Shown: piece after piece, positions 28,549 to 43,486 of the stretch
Numbering within the stretch: the stretch's first letter is position 1
Layout of the letters: every line of letters begins with the position of its first letter
Assembly (NCBI GenBank): GCA_964016885.1
Contig: OZ024740.1
Location: forward strand, 141,794,001-141,858,000
Source: Eledone cirrhosa
Taxonomy: Eukaryota
Reading direction: 5' to 3'
Length of the DNA: 64,000 nt
Program-made: the position numbers and the translations under genes
Notes under the pieces: model-generated
Told to the model about the DNA's origin: nothing
Database searches by the model: none
The model's input: the letters and a program-made list of their open reading frames with translations, nothing else

Positions 28549-28646
<98 letters not shown>

Positions 28647-28801
28647 GAAGATCCCGTTTAGGGTGAAAGTAGCGATTCTTTGCTTAAACTTTAATCTGTT
28701 ATTTTAATAAATATTTGCTCTACCGTTTTTATATACATTTATATATATATATTATCCTTATCGAGCTCTCTTCGTATTTTAGTCTTCACATTTATTATTA
28801 T

Positions 28802-28898
<97 letters not shown>

Positions 28899-29134
28899 CG
28901 GTGAGAGAAGGGTAATTAACCACCGTACTGGATTGGTACATTATTTACCGTCTCCACTTGGAACTTAAAATAAAATGATGAAAAGCAAAGTTGAATTCTG
29001 TAGGATTTGAATTCAGAGCTCTGAGGGCTAGAACCAAATTTAGCTGGGATAAACTACTGACGTGAATTGCTTTTGGATCGCTCGAACCAGCTTATCCTCA
29101 CGAACTTTCAACGTAACAACCTTATCTTCTGCAA

Positions 29135-29257
<123 letters not shown>

Positions 29258-29929
29258 TACATATACACACATATATATCTGTGTGCGTGTGTGTGCGTGT
29301 GTGCGTGTGTGTCTAATAGAAACGTTACCTGTAGAGGGCTAAATATACCAGCACCGGAAGTGAGCCATGCTCTTTTGGCGCAACATTGATTGTTATGAAT
29401 ATACAATAACTATTTTCTGATGTACAGATCTCAGTGCATTAATACATAATTCAGAAGGTTGTATATACATATACACACACACACAGACACATATATGTAT
29501 ACATATATTATGTATGTGTGTGTTTGTGTGTGTGTGTCTCTGTGTGTGTACGCATAAGTTGATTGTGTGAATATATATATCCGAGGTCAACCTTTCTTTT
29601 GTCACCCCGAGGTCGATAAATAAAATACAACTTTAGGACAGTAGATTAGCAGTATTATTACAATATTGGACGCGATGCTTGTACATACATACATATATAC
29701 ATACATACTTACATACATACATATATATACATACACAGTAGAAGCCAACTCGTGTCTGAACCTGGTCACTTCTTAGAACAAAAAAAAAAATAAAGACATT
29801 AGTAAAAACGTGTTATCGATGTTGCTGTCTTCGATGGCGCCTTAGATGGCTTATCAAACCAAAACGTGGCTTACACATCATACCACATAGTGTGCAGGTA
29901 AGGTTTCCGCCTTCTTAAGTTTGATTGGA

Positions 29930-31490
29930 GTATCATGCTTTGTGGTGCCATGTTAACTCACCTGCAGAGTGACATACTTTTTTACAGATGCTATTTGCAA
30001 GATGTTATTTCCTTGAGTATGACGTCTGCTATGGCTTAGTAGCTGAGCCTTTGACGTGCATACACCTCCGCATATCTCAGGTAAAAGTATTTTTCGAACC
30101 CCGTTTTGGGAGATGAATAACATCGCCCATTTATTTAGCTACAAGTTTCACTTAAGCATAGACTCTCGGTTTCTTTTCAAATCCCTTAACACCAGTAGTA
30201 ATCAAATTTCCCCACTGGGTTCTCCCGGTTGCAAGATTTTCTCATAATTTGGTCTGGAGATTGACCGTCAGGGGCATCTTTCAGGCAGTCTTTCAAACGC
30301 TTGTGTGGCTTGTACTGCAGGCGTTTTCCTTGCAACAGTTCTCCATACAATAGTTCTTTTGGGAGTTTTCTGTCCTCTAGGCGTACTATGTGACCTGACA
30401 CTGGGGACGCTGTTTCATGATCATGCTCTCAATGCTTGGCAAACAGGCCCGCTGCAGCACATCAGTGTCTGGTGTATGTAGCTTCCATGAGCTCTTGAGG
30501 ATGGAGCGCAAGCATTGTTGGTGGACACATTCGAGGTGTTGAATGTATCCACAGTATGTTGTCCACGTTTCACATTCATACAGCAAGGTTGTAAGCACAC
30601 ATGCTTGATACACTTCAACTTTCGTGCGCACACTGATATCTGACTGTGACTACAGGTGCTTCTCCAGCTTACCAAAAACATCATAATCTTTAGACATGCA
30701 GTAGCTAACCTCTTCAATAAGGGTGCTGGTACTGAAGAGGATACTACCAAGGTAAACGAACTCATCCACAACCTTCAATATATCCCCCTTGACAGATATG
30801 GATGGTGAAATATATGGCTTTCTGTGTGCATCACCACTGTCTTTTTCAGGCTGATTGTCAGCCCAAACTCATCACACACACTGCTGAGAAGCAATCCATC
30901 AGAAGTTAAAGTTCTACTTGCTTTTGGCTAACAAAATCACAGTCGTTTGCATAAAGAAGATTGCATATCAGTGCAATATATATTTTTTAGGCAGCAATAC
31001 ATCTCTGTATATTAAAGAGCCTTTTTGTTGTTTGATAACAGCATCGGTATTGGTGAATGCTTTTGACAAAACAACTGCAAAGAAGATAGTAAACAAAGTC
31101 AGAGAGAGCAGGTCACACTGTTTCACATCTGTCTAAACTGAGAACGGTTCTTGAAGCTCACCACTGACGCAAGCCCATGTTATCATGCAAGGAATGTATA
31201 AGCTCTGTAAATTTCTCATGGCAGCACAGTTTCAAGAGTATACTCCAAAGAGTTTGCCTATTGACTGTGTCAAAGACCTTCGTGAGATCAATAAAGTAAT
31301 TGTAGAGATCAAGTTGACGCTCCTTACACTTCTGCATCTGCAGTACCCCGATATCTACAGATCCCACGGAAGTTGTCACACATATCTTTGGGTCCCTTCT
31401 TGAAGATACACATGAGAGTGGTTTCCTTCCAACCCGACCATGTCACAGGTTGTACTGGATAACATGTTGCCAGTAGCGCTCGAGAGCGAC
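29930..31490 (-). mobile_element. Decayed RTE (BovB-like) LINE, RT domain and C-terminal region
   Basis: FKKGPKDMCDNFRGI; KCKERQLDLYNYFIDLTKVFDTVNRQTLWSILLKL; TKVEVYQACVLTTLLYECETWT; GHIVRLEDRKLPKELLYGEL. Multiple frameshifts. Confidence 0.93.
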
Positions 31491-31725
31491 CTGTGAGTAT
31501 ACAAGTGAAACTCCAGATTAACAAGACTCATCACTAAGCCAAAATAAAGAATACATAAACTCTACTTCAGTATTGAGTACTCCTTCTCACGTCCCTCAAC
31601 ATCACGCACACGCATACACACACTTGTTAACTACCTGGTGTTGTATTTCCAATACTTCAATAAATAATGATAAAAATGAGAAGATTAGATATTCATGCTT
31701 TATTTTATTACGAAATTTGTTGTTA

Positions 31726-32859
31726 CTAGCTGACGTGCCCAGCTTCGCCCGGGTAAACAGATGATAAGAGAAGACGGGTAAAAGAGAAAATGACTGTATT
31801 GGATGTTTGTCTGGTTACAGTATGAGGCGAGTCCGTGGTGTCTGTGTGATACAGAAAACAGTAAAAAGAAATCTTCCAGATATACCAGATTCTTCGTTGT
31901 ACCGTTTGTGCATAGTATATGAACAATTCTAGGTGCTCCCACCTAGAATAGTGACCTCTAGGAGATGGTTCATCTTCTGCCTGACTGTAAAACGTGTATC
32001 CTTGTATAGATGTGGTTGTTCCACGTTTCTCAAAAGGATGATAGAAGTTCCAATCTTTTATATTATATGCAGATATAGATATAGATAATTAATATAAAAG
32101 ATGATGCTCAGCCAGTTCGTCTTCAACCATCGCAGCACGCCTCCGCTGCTTGGCTCCAGTGTTTCGTTGGCGTTGTTCAGCCAGCTCCTCTTCATTCATG
32201 GCGGCACGTCTTCGCCTCTGAAGTTCGGCGTTCCGATAGCGCTGTTCGGCCCGGTTTTTCTTCATTCCTGCTGCACGCTGTCGCCGCTGTAGTTCACTGT
32301 TTGATAAAGAAGAATTGCTTTTATTATCAGTTTTCATTTCGAGCAATTGTCAAAAATTAACACAATAATAAATATAAAAGATGTGCGTCAATGTAAAAAA
32401 AGGTCCCTATTTACTCCCTTCACAACTCTGTGTATGTTAGACTGACAGACAGGCACACAGACAGATAAACTGCGTGGCGATTGTGGAACGCCCCACGTAC
32501 ACACACATACACGCATGGAAACGCGCACACGCACGCAAACTTACACACGCACACGTGCACTTACACACACTTACACACCACACATGTTGATAGTTTTTAC
32601 TTTCTGTGGAACGCTGCACACACACACAGACACATAAACATACGCACACGTAGATACACACGCACACATTGTAATAGGTACAGCGTTCACTTTGCCTCTC
32701 TGTTTCTTACTCTCCCCTCTCACTCCCTCATTGGCATTATGCGTATTAATTTAAGTTTGGTGTCGTTGAGGTGGGCAGAGTCGTTTGAAACCTATGAATC
32801 AATGATAATCGAGAATTATGACACACGGAATACTCACGTTGTTGAAATTAATATATAGA
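31726..32859 (-). mobile_element. Internally deleted Helitron
   Basis: The minus strand begins A|TCTATATATT and ends with hairpin cccgggcgaagctggg then CTAG|T. It retains a helicase C-terminal remnant (GAPRIVHILCTNGTTKNLVY) and an R/Q/E-rich repeat like RepHel N-termini (32089-32346). Confidence 0.85.
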
Positions 32860-33242
32860 TAGATACGTATTTCTGTGGTGTTAATAATTAGGTAATAAAA
32901 TGAATTATGAATATCTAACTTTCGTATTTTTATAATTATATATCTATATAATATTTCTTAATCTATTTGTAGATTATATCTTTGTTATGAGGACAGAGTG
33001 CGCAATTCATGAAACAGGGACATAATAATTTGTAATGTAAACTAACACACACGTAACAAAGCGTATGTTAAAATAAAAATATAAGAATTAATACCAATTA
33101 TATTTGTATTTGGTCGTATTTATTATTATTGCACGTGTATTTTGTTACTGAGAGCACTCGAGCAAGAGGGAAAGAGATATATATATATATATATACAGAG
33201 AGAGAGAGAGAGAGAGAGATAGATAGAGAGAGAGAGAGAGAG

Positions 33243-33352
<110 letters not shown>

Positions 33353-33558
33353 AAATAGAGGGAAAGAAATAATACTGAAGTGGTACTTTATTTATCTACT
33401 TTGAAAGAATGAAAGGTTATGTGTACCTCGGTGATCTCGGAGCGCAGAGAACCGGAATATATATTCGTTCTGAGAGGAAAAAGAAACAGTCTCTCAGATC
33501 GCACCAATGAAACTATGGTGTCATTGCTGATATTCTCTGCTGGATGGAACTCCTAACA

Positions 33559-33704
33559 CAGTCATGGGCAAACTGCGGTCCGTTTGGCTTTCTGAATATC
33601 ACGCCAAATTTCAAAATTGCCTTGGATGATTTAGTAGTGCGGCCTGCCTTATGATTAGCCACATCCTATACGGCTCACTGCTCGAAAAAGGTTGCCTATA
33701 CCTG
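33559..33704. mobile_element. hAT (Charlie-like) MITE
   Basis: Ends cagtcatgggcaaact and aggttgcctatacctg. The degenerate 8-bp TSD is tcctaaca/tcccgaca. Confidence 0.7.
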
Positions 33705-33914
33705 TCCCGACAGAAGGAATGGGAAGCATCCCACCCAAATTTTTAACTTCGCCACCCTTAGACTGGTACTTTTTTAATCGACACCGACAGGTTGAAAACT
33801 ACTCAAGTTGATCTTGGCAGGATTTGAACTTAGAGCACAATTCTAACGGCTCTGACGATTCGCCGCCCACAATGAGAAAAGCAAGTATAAAAACAGGCAT
33901 TTACACGCACGCTT

Positions 33915-33961
<47 letters not shown>

Positions 33962-33968
33962 CACACAC

Positions 33969-34024
<56 letters not shown>

Positions 34025-34263
34025 AAGAAAGATGTGAGAGAGTGAGAATATATATGTGTGTGTGTGTTTGTATCCCGGGTTCAATCGGGGGTAACCACAA
34101 GTAAGGTATTCAAAACATAGCAGAGTAGACATCTTTATTATAGAAATGGATTCTACAGGACTAGAAAAGCTACAGGACCAGAAAGCAGGGCTTTCCAGAT
34201 GATTGCCTTCGAATGAAATAGTTCTAGTCCTGTAGAAGCCATTTATATATATATATATATATA

Positions 34264-34387
34264 TAACGAAGGAAATGTGGTAAGGAACCAGGTGGACCAT
34301 AACGCATCAAAGTACTCAATACTTAGGGTAGTAGAGTGGGTAATAGGAACAAGTAAGACCCCGACGGCTGAGCTCAAGCCGTTTCGA

Positions 34388-34390
<3 letters not shown>
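34264..34390 (-). mobile_element. Family A 3' tail plus half ribozyme in (TA)n; 27-bp stub also at 39847-39873
   Basis: 34320-34389 is near-identical to positions 1-70 and defines the 3' terminus ...ccttcgtt(ata)n. Confidence 0.88.
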
Positions 34391-34443
<53 letters not shown>

Positions 34444-34572
34444 GGGGGAGAGAGAATGAAAAACAGACAGAAATGGTACAACCGATACTCTACTATGTAG
34501 TGATTTACTTCACGTATAGAATAATAAACTATGACATCAGCGTTAGAGAAATAGAGAGGTAATGTGTGTATA

Positions 34573-34618
<46 letters not shown>

Positions 34619-35160
34619 AGAGAGTGAGAGGCAGAGAGAGAGAGGGAGATAGGAGGAGGGGGCATTGGTAGAGAAAATGTGTATATATATATTAAACGGG
34701 GAGATATGTGGCAATGTTAGTTGGAAGGGGAGTATATTACTCCGGTGACACAGATCTTGTAGGATGTGGACGCTGCTTGTGTGTGAAGCTACAAACCAGT
34801 ATTTTAAATGTATTGATCTTTCAGTCTATATAATATAGACTGGCTCTATACAGTAATGTTCACTGATAGGGCTGGCAACTGTGGTGTTGGTATAACTATA
34901 GTAATGGTGTTGATGGTTGTAGTAGTGGTGGTAGTTAGGTGGTCGTATGTCGTTTGGTGAGGTGTTGGTAGTGGTTGTATTGTTGGTTGGTAGTGATAGT
35001 TGTAATTGTGGTATTGGTGGTGTTGGTGTTACTGGAGGTGGTGATTATTAGTGGTGTTGGCAGTGTGGGTGAATGTGGTGAGGTGTTGGTAGTGGTTGTA
35101 TTGTTGTTGTACTGTTGGTTGGTGAAGTTGGTTTTAATTGCGGTATTGGTGGTGTTGTTG

Positions 35161-37172
35161 GTGGTGTAAGTGGAGGTGTTAGTGGTGGTGACTGTTGTTA
35201 GATGATGATGGTGGTGTAAGTGGTGGTGATAGTGGTGGTGACTGTTGTTAGATGATGATGGTGGTGTAAGTGGAGGTGTTAGTGGTGGTGACTGTTGTTA
35301 GATGATGATGGTGGTGTAAGTGGAGGTGTTAGTGGTGGTGACTGTTGTTAGATGATGATGGTGGTGTAAGTGGTGGTGATAGTGGTGGTGACTGTTGTTA
35401 GATGATGATGGTGATGTAAGTGGAGGTGTTAGTGGTGGTGACTGTTGTTAGATGATGATGGTGGTGTAAGTGGAGGTGTTAGTGGTGGTGACTGTTGTTA
35501 GATGATGATGGTGGTGTAAGTGGAGGTGTTAGTGGTGGTGACTGTTGTTAGATGATGATGGTGGTGTAAGTGGTGGTGTTAGTGGTGGTGACTGTTGTTA
35601 GATGATGATGGTGGTGTAAGTGGAGGTGTTAGTGGTGGTGACTGTTGTTAGATGATGATGGTGGTGTAAGTGGAGGTGTTAGTGGTGGTGACTGTTGTTA
35701 GATGATGATGGTGGTGTAAGTGGTGGTGTTAGTGGTGGTGACTGTTGTTAGATGATGATGGTGGTGTAAGTGGTGGTGTTAGTGGTGGTGACTGTTGTTA
35801 GATGTTGTTGGTGGTGTAAGTGGAGGTGTTAGTGGTGGTGACTGTTGTTAGATGATGATGGTGGTGTAAGTGGTGGTGTTAGTGGTGGTGACTGTTGTTA
35901 GATGATGATGGTGGTGTAAGTGGAGGTGTTAGTGGTGGTGACTGTTGTTAGATGATGATGGTGGTGTAAGTGGTGGTGTTAGTGGTGGTGACTGTTGTTA
36001 GATGATGATGGTGGTGTAAGTGGAGGTGTTAGTGGTGGTGACTGTTGTTAGATGATGATGGTGGTGTAAGTGGTGGTGTTAGTGGTGGTAACTGTTGTTA
36101 GATGATGATGGTGGTGTAAGTGGAGGTGTTAGTGGTGGTGACTGTTGTTAGATGTTGTTGGTGGTGTAAGTGGAGGTGTTAGTGGTGGTGACTGTTGTTA
36201 GATGATGATGGTGGTGTAAGTGGTGGTGTTAGTGGTGGTGACTGTTGTTAGATGATGATGGTGGTGTAAGTGGAGGTGTTAGTGGTGGTGACTGTTGTTA
36301 GATGATGATGGTGGTGTAAGTGGTGGTGTTAGTGGTGGTGACTGTTGTTAGATGATGATGGTGGTGTAAGTGGAGGTGTTAGTGGTGGTGACTGTTGTTA
36401 GATGATGATGGTGGTGTAAGTGGTGGTGTTAGTGGTGGTGACTGTTGTTAGATGATGATGGTGGTGTAAGTGGTGGTGTTAGTGGTGGTGACTGTTGTTA
36501 GATGATGATGGTGGTGTAAGTGGTGGTGTTAGTGGTGGTGACTGTTGTTAGATGATGATGGTGGTGTAAGTGGTGGTGTTAGTGGTGGTGACTGTTGTTA
36601 GATGATGATGGTGGTGTAAGTGGTGGTGTTAGTGGTGGTGACTGTTGTTAGATGATGATGGTGGTGTAAGTGGAGGTGTTAGTGGTGGTGACTGTTGTTA
36701 GATGATGATGGTGGTGTAAGTGGTGGTGTTAGTGGTGGTGACTGTTGTTAGATGATGATGGTGGTGTAAGTGGTGGTGTTAGTGGTGGTGACTGTTGTTA
36801 GATGATGATGGTGGTGTAAGTGGTGGTGTTAGTGGTGGTGACTGTTGTTAGATGATGATGGTGGTGTAAGTGGTGGTGTTAGTGGTGGTGACTGTTGTTA
36901 GATGATGATGGTGGTGTAAGTGGTGGTGTTAGTGGTGGTGACTGTTGTTAGATGATGATGGTGGTGTAAGTGGTGGTGTTAGTGGTGGTGACTGTTGTTA
37001 GATGATGATGGTGGTGTAAGTGGTGGTGTTAGTGGTGGTGACTGTTGTTAGATGATGATGGTGGTGTAAGTGGTGGTGTTAGTGGTGGTGACTGTTGTTA
37101 GATGATGATGGTGGTGTAAGTGGTGGTGTTAGTGGTGGTGACTGTTGTTAGATGATGATGGTGGTGTAAGTG
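35161..37172. repeat. 50-bp minisatellite, about 40 copies, embedded in (GGT/GTT)n-like low complexity (about 34880-37580)
   Basis: Unit gtggtgtaagtgg(t/a)ggtgttagtggtggtgactgttgttagatgatgatg. Confidence 0.97.
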
Positions 37173-38738
37173 GTGTTGGTCTTGGCATAGTGGTGGTGAT
37201 GTTGTTGATAGTGATGCTGTTAGTGTTGGTGGTTATATTACTGTTAGTGTTGTTGGTCTTGGCATAGTGGTGGTGATGTTGTTGATAGTGATGCTGTTAG
37301 TGTTGGTGGTTGTGCTGTTGGTCTAAGTGCTGCTGGTTGTTTATAATATTGGTCCCAGTGTTGTTGTTAGTCGTGGCGGGGGTTGTGTTGTTGGTGCTAC
37401 TGGAAGCTAGTGGGGTGATTATGTGGTTGGTATTTGTGTTTATGGTTGTGTTTATTATTGTGTTTATGGTCGTTGTTAGTGATAACGGTTATATTGGTGA
37501 TAGTTGAGTTGTTAGTGGTGATGATCGGTTTATTGGTGGTTGTGTTTGTGAAGGAGTAGTAGCAGTAGCAGCAACAGTAGTAATCAATAGCATTCCATCC
37601 GTGGCCATCTTTATTTTTCTCAAGTGGGAAAACCAGGAACATATCCAATGTGCCGTTTGCACACATAGTACTGTGAGAATCAAGGGAAGTTTGGCTACCA
37701 TTTCTACCATGTTGAACTAAAAGGCTACGGAAGCCGTTTCTTACTGTTAAACCGGGTTAAGGTTAAAGTCTACCATCCAAGTAGGCCACAGCGGTACTTG
37801 AATTCAGAAAGAAAAGAACCTTCGGCCCGATGCTCTAACGATTCCTCCAGTCAAGTACTTTATTTAACCGACCATGGAAAGATGAAAGTCTATGTTGACC
37901 TGGTGTCACTCGGAAGACAAGGAGATGGAAAGAATACCACAAGGCATCCGGTCTGACACTAACTCTCCTGCCAGTTTTCTACTACAAGTATTAGTGACAG
38001 TTGTAGAATTAGCGGAGTTGGAGATAATGGTCTTAGATGTGTAATGTTAATTGTGCATGTGGATGTAGAACCGGCGCAGAGCTATTTAGTGCCCTACGCT
38101 AGCTTTACAATATATGACCTATTCTCTCAGACAAAATAATTTTAACATATACTTTGGTAAGCAGATAAACTTAATTTTAGACATTTCTTTTGTTCTGACC
38201 ACATTAATAAAATTCCAAACCTGCATTTTCGACACTCACCCACGTCAAATCATGTTACTATAAGTTGAAACTATAATTTGGAATCATATTCCATGTCACA
38301 ACATCACACGATCCTTTCATCTAAGTTGGGATATTTCCACAGCACTGCTACTTGACAAGTATATTTCAGGATTTATATATTTATCGCAGGAAATTATATA
38401 TTTAATTCAATTATACAAATATATATAAAAACTGCAGTCCTTTAAGGTTCAGTAGTGCGACATTAACGCCAAATAGGCAGCCGCCTAGTTGGCGTTACTA
38501 GTAGCGCCGGTCCTGTGTGGTTGATAACATTAAAAGTAATGAAAACATAAGTTGTATGTATTAGGGTGGTGTTAATGACACTGAACGGCTGCGTTAGTGG
38601 TATTACCGGAATTAAATTATTTATTCGTAAACAGTGTATACATTATAATTCTATACATTTATTCCACATCATTGCAGATACATTTTTGTATATGCATGTA
38701 TAGATGCACATATATAGCTTCAGACATTCCCATATATG

Positions 38739-38880
<142 letters not shown>

Positions 38881-38935
38881 TTATATATATATATATCTTT
38901 ATATATATACATATATATCTTTATATATATATATC

Positions 38936-38986
<51 letters not shown>

Positions 38987-39037
38987 TATGTGTGTTTGTT
39001 CTCGCAATCTTTTGTTTATTGTTCTTTCGTTCTACAT

Positions 39038-39406
<369 letters not shown>

Positions 39407-39548
39407 GTATACATACATTACACACATATACACACACATAAACACACACCCACATATACGTATATGTATATATTGGTAAAGTGATGTCAAAAGTATATTA
39501 TGTGAGAAAAATCAATGCCGTCTGACTGTACGCCAGAGTGTGTGTGTG

Positions 39549-39714
<166 letters not shown>

Positions 39715-39813
39715 GATATAGATATGTATATATTAAAAGTCAGAAATTTCCCAAGGGAAGCCTTCTGCATAAAAAAACCGTAGTTAAGTGTAAATTATGT
39801 TTGAGGCAGTATG

Positions 39814-39850
<37 letters not shown>

Positions 39851-39902
39851 CGAAGGAGGTGTGGTAAGGAACCATATATATATATATATGTATGTATGTA
39901 TG

Positions 39903-39969
<67 letters not shown>

Positions 39970-39972
39970 ACA

Positions 39973-40021
<49 letters not shown>

Positions 40022-40075
40022 CATACATACATATAATATATATATATTTGTGTATGTGTGGTGTCTGTGTGTGTG

Positions 40076-40109
<34 letters not shown>

Positions 40110-40449
40110 AGAGATAGAGAGATGTGTATGTGTGAGTGAGAGAGGCTTGACGTAGGAAAATGCGGCGGTTTTGATTCAAACAAAGAAAGATACTTAAATC
40201 ATGTAAAACAACATTATACCCGTAATGAAAAGAAAAATCATTACCATTAATGATCATTCTTGTTATTGAAAACTGTGGAGCTCTTCCTAAGTATATCTCT
40301 GTAAAGGAGAGTGCTGCAGCATGGCCCCTTTCTTATGACTGAAACCATTAAATGAATAAAAGATTACATTTACACACATACACACACATACTATGTATAT
40401 ATATATGTTATATATGCATATATGCATGCATATGTATATGTATATACAG

Positions 40450-40481
<32 letters not shown>

Positions 40482-40624
40482 TACTGTATATATATAATAT
40501 TTATCAATGCCAGGACCGGTTGTATCTCAGCGTACTCAATAGGCAATGTAAGATACATTCCCAGAGTATACACATAGTTATTCGCTTCAATGCAACACAC
40601 GTAGAACGGGTGCCTATAATAGTT

Positions 40625-40735
40625 CCCGGACTCGAGTTTCGGCCACACTTAATGCAGCAGTTGGATGCACTGCACCCTCTGTCTGCATATATTATGCAAC
40701 AATGCATAATCGGCGTATGTGGCTTCATCAGCGGG
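40625..40735 (-). ncRNA. Type I hammerhead with long structured stem II, within a (TA)n-flanked insert about 40500-40932
   Basis: cccg-CTGATGA-a-gccac...gtggc-c-GAAA-ctcgag-TC-cggg: canonical core, palindromic loop III and GUC cleavage triplet. Confidence 0.9.
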
Positions 40736-40952
40736 TATCGCCTATTCAATAACCAATCGATCGACAGAATCCAAACCCCAGCCCTTGCCGGCCATGACTG
40801 TTTGTGACGGCCGACACAGTAAAGTGATCAGCAACTGGAATCCGATACAATTCTGTCTCTCGACCACCCACCGAGTTACAAACTATACTAAAGCCTTGTG
40901 TCTCAAACCCAAATTAATAAGAAGTGAAAAGATATATATATACAAATGTGTT

Positions 40953-41043
<91 letters not shown>

Positions 41044-41044
41044 A

Positions 41045-41815
41045 AAGTCTATGTCTGGCAAAGAGATGCAGGGAGATTGTCGAGTCCAAGTTAGCTGATG
41101 AACAATGTGGTTTGTTGCCCTGGCTGCAAATATTCTCACTGCAGCAGTCTTCGAGAAATCATGGGAGCATTGCCAAGATGTATATTCTTGTTTTGTCGGC
41201 TTTGAAAAGGCATATGATCGAGTTCCTCGGGACCTGCAAAGAAGGGTTCTACAGGAGTATGGGATCGATGTTAGTTTCTTGCTGCACTGATGTCTATACG
41301 AATGCTCGAGTATTTGTGCTTGGTTAAATCGTGCTAAATCGATACCATTCAATGCGGGAGTCGGACTCCTCCAAGGGTGCGTACTGTTACCTCTTCTGTT
41401 CATTATTTACAGGAACAGGATTGACATGCACAGTCGGGTTGGAATTGGTATTATGACTGCCGGGTAAAAAATCAGTCGTTTGGAATTTCCTGACGACATG
41501 GTGTTACTTAACTCGACAGAAGGTGATCATAGACTTGCACTCGATACGTTTGATGCATGGCTGGAATGAAAATCAGAGCTGCAAAATCTTCACAAGGATG
41601 CTTGCGCAGTCCACTCTACATGTGAAGGTAGAGAAGTTCAAGTACCTCGGGGCCATGTTCACGAGTGATGGAAGGCAAGGGGCTGAATTAAGTGCAAGAA
41701 TTGCAGGATCTGGTACAGTAATGCATTCAGTAATCAGAAGAAGGGAGGTAAGCGTAAAAGCAAAACTCGCTATCTTCAATTCGGTTTCGTGACAACCCTT
41801 ACCTATTGTCATGAA
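41045..41815 (+). mobile_element. Decayed RTE-clade LINE RT fragment
   Basis: EKSWEHCQDVYSCFVGFEKAYDRVPR; GLLQGCVLLPLLFIIY; FPDDMVL; VEKFKYLG. Confidence 0.9.
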
Positions 41816-42124
41816 CTGAGTCTTATCAATAAAAACCTCAATGTGAAACCTCGTTTTGTTCTTTTTAATGTATACACTCTACTGTAGCATAGCGTGCCAA
41901 TATTAGTGCCTTCCTTAGTAAACCACAAATCTACTGAATCACCGAATATGTGTATTATATATATTTATATATTTATCATATATAATACACATATTCGGTG
42001 ATTCAGTAGATTTGTGGTTTACTAAGGAAGGCACTAATATTGGCACACTATGCTACAGCAGAGTGTATACATTAAAAAGAACAAAACGAGGTTTCACATT
42101 GAGGTTTTTATTGATAAGACTCAG

Positions 42125-42130
<6 letters not shown>
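41811..42130. repeat. About 150-bp-arm palindrome with AT-rich centre, right end in (TA)n
   Basis: 41811-41960 is inverted relative to about 41979-42129 with few mismatches. No complete HHR was recognised. Confidence 0.92.
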
Positions 42131-42162
<32 letters not shown>

Positions 42163-42510
42163 AACATACATTTATATTAAGAGGGAATGAGACATGATTA
42201 TCTGCATAAAATAATATATTGATTTTTATGTTGACAAAGATTTATAGAGCACGATGGAGTCAGAATAGTCGCGACGACATGGGTAATATGGATACTCACA
42301 CAATTCCCTTAGGTATTTTAAGCCTTACAAGATACTGAATATAAAATAAATATACAACAATGAATTAGATAATTGAAACTGTGTCACCTTAGACTAGGTT
42401 GGATGGTAGCTTTCCCGTGATTTACAGTCATTGGCATACATATATACCCACATACGTACTCATACAAAGAGACAATGATATATATATATATATATAATTA
42501 ATCACACACG

Positions 42511-42568
<58 letters not shown>

Positions 42569-42728
42569 ATTTATGTTTAACTAATAGGCAGATCTGGTCA
42601 TTACGATTCAGCAGCCCATGATGCAATAAGCAAATGAACTCAACATTATGCAAATCAGCCATCGAGGCCTTCTGTTTTCATTGAAATGTGTGTGTATAAA
42701 TATATATATATATATACACACACATATA

Positions 42729-42844
<116 letters not shown>

Positions 42845-43039
42845 GTCAGTATTTACGAAAAAAAACTTTTTACAGGAGTCAGATCAAATGGCATTAGAAA
42901 ATCGAAGCCAAATGGATGTCGGGAATATCTCCCTCATTAGCTCTCCGTTGTGAGTGCAACAGGTTTTTAGAGGAAATATATAGACAGCACTCTCTCCAGC
43001 GCACGAATAATTATCAGTAATGATTCACTTAGGATTGAA

Positions 43040-43093
<54 letters not shown>

Positions 43094-43097
<4 letters not shown>

Positions 43098-43288
43098 CCT
43101 GCCAACCTCTAAAAACACAAACGGTGAGTACCATGAAAAAAAGTGCCCCAAAACGGGGAGAAATGAGGCAAAATGGGGAGATTTTACATAATGAAAGCTA
43201 TACCCATTTTCACAAAAGAAGTCATCCCTTATCTACCCCGAAGTTGGTGGGAGATCTCCTCATCCGACGGGGAATGTTGACAAGTCTG
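43094..43288. mobile_element. MITE (hAT-like TIR) in (TA)n
   Basis: TIRs cagacctgccaac and gttgacaagtctg match at 11 of 13 positions. Confidence 0.7.
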
Positions 43289-43388
43289 ATATATATACAA
43301 TACATAAACATTTATATACCCAATGCAATTCTCGTATAAATATAAAATAAAGAATTCAGCTGAATGAAGAATTCAATATGTATGTATG

Positions 43389-43486
<98 letters not shown>

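Noticed and set aside
29410-29460. Hammerhead at ttttCTGATGTA
   Set aside because: There is no GAAA box or convincing stem II.
35161-37172. Mucin-like Thr-rich coding exon on the minus strand
   Set aside because: The 50-bp unit is not a multiple of 3 and has TAA in two frames, so every frame closes within two units.
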